Source: Schmidtea polychroa
Lineage: Eukaryota
Direction: 5' to 3'
Assembly (NCBI GenBank): GCA_044892525.1
Contig: CM097885.1
Location: forward strand, 15,128,001 to 15,192,000
Length of the DNA stretch: 64,000 nucleotides
In this document: positions 62,174 through 64,000 of the stretch, in pieces
Numbering within the stretch: the stretch's first letter is position 1
Layout of the letters: each line of letters opens with the position of its first letter
The notes under the pieces: model-generated
Seen by the model: only the letters and a program-made list of their open reading frames with translations
Database searches by the model: none
What the model was told of the DNA's origin: nothing
Program-made: the position numbers and the translations under genes

Positions 62174-62537
62174 TGACTTGGGAGGAGAATGCCTCTGAGA
62201 TTTTCGACTTAGAGGAGTTGCTAGCAGATACGGAGTGTTAGAAATAAGAATGCTCTCGTGGGGTAACTCTATCATTAGGAAAATAGTCGAACTAAATATC
62301 ATCGTGTTTTTCTGTCATTGTTTTCTCTCATCTAGATATTCCTGTTGTATATAAATCATCGATGTTGTGTATGTTTGATGCTACAACAAATAATTTTATG
62401 TCTTTACCTCATTTAGTTTGTAAAGGATTTAGTATGACTGTAACAAAGAGGGTTGAAGGTTCCTCGAGAATTCTAGGAGTATTAGTCAATTGTATCCCAA
62501 CCAGAGGTAGGAAAGTGAATTTATAATTCGGATAGAC

Positions 62538-62679
62538 GTAAGTCCTTCTATCGGCGGTCGAAAGCGGTAAGTCGAGGCCTCAGTAAGGAGTAGTCCTAAG
62601 GTAGGGGCTCACCTGCTTACTGGTGTCTCGCCGGCATGGTACAGTTCCAACGTGGAGCAATTCACGGGTACCATGTTGG
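62538..62679 (+). ncRNA. Conserved two-hairpin cis RNA motif, copy in unit E
   Basis: CAGTAAG/CTTACTG stem with ACCTG bulge; CCGGCATGGTAC/GTACCATGTTGG stem, AGTTCCAA bulge, CGTGGA-GCAA-TTCACG. Confidence 0.65.
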
Positions 62680-64000
62680 ATGGCAGGTTATGTGCGGGCT
62701 CTGCTCGGGGTTGACAAAGTAATGACGAGCATAATCGTAACGGGCATTCATCTCCTAGGCCAAAGTTGAATTATTGGTGAGTAGTGCCCCAGCAAGATAT
62801 AAATTTATTCAAATAATGCGTTTCTTCCATTTTTTGAACAACGAAAATTAAAATACCTGTAAACTTGGTAAGATCGAAAATATAATGCAAAAACTGGCTC
62901 AAATTTCCTAACTGCATTCACACTGGTAAAAATATATGTATTAATAAAGCTTGCAGCTTTGAAAAAGTTAGCTAAGTTTCAATCAATATATGATGATAAA
63001 TGCAATTCTAGTCCAGCACTATTTCAATACTACAAAATCGGAGGTGGTGACATTGTAGACAAATAAAAAAAGTTTATTTCATTTTCAAAAATGGAGATAT
63101 TGAATGTCCTCTTCGCCCAAAAATGGCAAGATAAAAGAAGTTTATAAGTTGTAAATTATTCACATTAATGAGTTTGCTAATTGTAGCAATAGTAACCGAG
63201 TTACAAATAAAAATATAACGAAACCATGATCTATTATGGAGTATTCGAAGCATATGAGATGTGTAGATTCATTTGATATGCAGAATTTGATTTTCAGAAT
63301 CTGGCAAAACAATAAAATGATAAATAATTGTTTTCCGTTTCATAGATATGACAGTGTATTATTTGCCATAATGTATTTGCTTTTTACAAAATAAAGCATA
63401 AAAATATAAAGCATTTGACAGATATACGCCTTGTAGTGGTTTATTTTTTAAATATGTAACTTTTATCATTTATCAAATTGCAGACATTCAATCGCAATTT
63501 CGAAAAGTAAATGGTAACTTTCAAACCTCAACAAAAGGGGTTTATCAAAAAAATTTGCAACTATGTGTAAAGATTACAACATCCAACATTGTACAATAGA
63601 TTATTTCGAAGATTATCATAGCAAAATTCAATTTTAGTCAAAAGAATAATTAGGATAAATTTATTGATGTAAATAAAAATAACAAAATATAAAATTTAAT
63701 AATTCAAGTTCCTTTTCAAAATTTTTCATCATTTAGAACCTGTTTTTATTGAAAGTTATCTTTAAAAATTTTATTGTATAATGTTACGCAATTCAGACTT
63801 TATATTTTTTTCAATTCACTTTCATATGAAGGTGAGACATTATTTAATCAATAAATTAGTAAACACATTGACGACAATACGAATTTTTTCATTTCTGCTT
63901 TGTGAGACAAAACTAATAAAATAATACAGTACGTGAGGTGAAGAAGTTAAGCAAGTACTACGGACGTACTATTGTCGCAAATCGAACAAGACAGGTCCAC

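Larger units (their letters stand above)
53143..62794 (+). mobile_element. Giant solo LTR unit E (about 4.0 kb net) with TSD, hosting unit D and the virus-like element
   Basis: Starts TGTTGGGC, ends CCCCAGCA; 4-bp TSD AGAT at 53139-53142 and 62795-62798; CTGATTGG 56168, TATATAAA 56197; CxxC ORF; RNA motif 62538-62679. Confidence 0.85.

Noticed and set aside
62630-62645. GCCGGCATGGT matches the start of the HDV genomic ribozyme
   Set aside because: The downstream sequence forms a simple bulged hairpin, no nested double pseudoknot was found, and the string is not conserved in copies A and D
62860-63130. Very degraded piggyBac-like transposase (GGGDIVDK)
   Set aside because: Too fragmentary, with no termini

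Overview
AT-rich (about 70%) eukaryotic scaffold with four N-gaps. The host is probably a dugesiid planarian (inferred from composition, 40-55 nt introns, and NeSL/LIN-type, TRAF-like and PEVE-like sequences). It is almost entirely nested mobile DNA, and the only clear host gene piece is the last exon of a Rab-like GTPase (11675-11869). Main results: (1) A family of five diverged giant LTR-like units, about 4-4.5 kb when intact (TGTTGGGC...CCAACA). Two have matching 4-bp TSDs (53143-62794 AGAT; 53246-55940 CATA). All have an A-rich U3 and a CCAAT+TATA promoter, four carry a CxxC/coiled-coil ORF of unknown function, and four carry a two-hairpin RNA motif with clear covariation about 105-115 nt from the LTR end. 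(2) Inserted in one of these is a 2.9-kb endogenous ssDNA-virus-like element. It has an intron-split CRESS-type Rep (HUH+SF3), a spliced overprinted ORF, a convergent stand-alone parvovirus NS1/E1-like SF3 helicase and an AAV-like T-shaped terminal hairpin. (3) A NeSL-clade RLE non-LTR retrotransposon with a degenerate Ulp1-like domain and a 1.2-kb direct-repeat-flanked insert carrying an F-box-like motif. (4) An intact piggyBac, several hAT elements, mariner/Tigger/Chapaev-like remnants, two Polinton-like pPolB N-terminal fragments, a frameshifted TRAF-like MATH gene and a type I membrane ORF. All calls were made by eye without searches; family names are best matches from memory.
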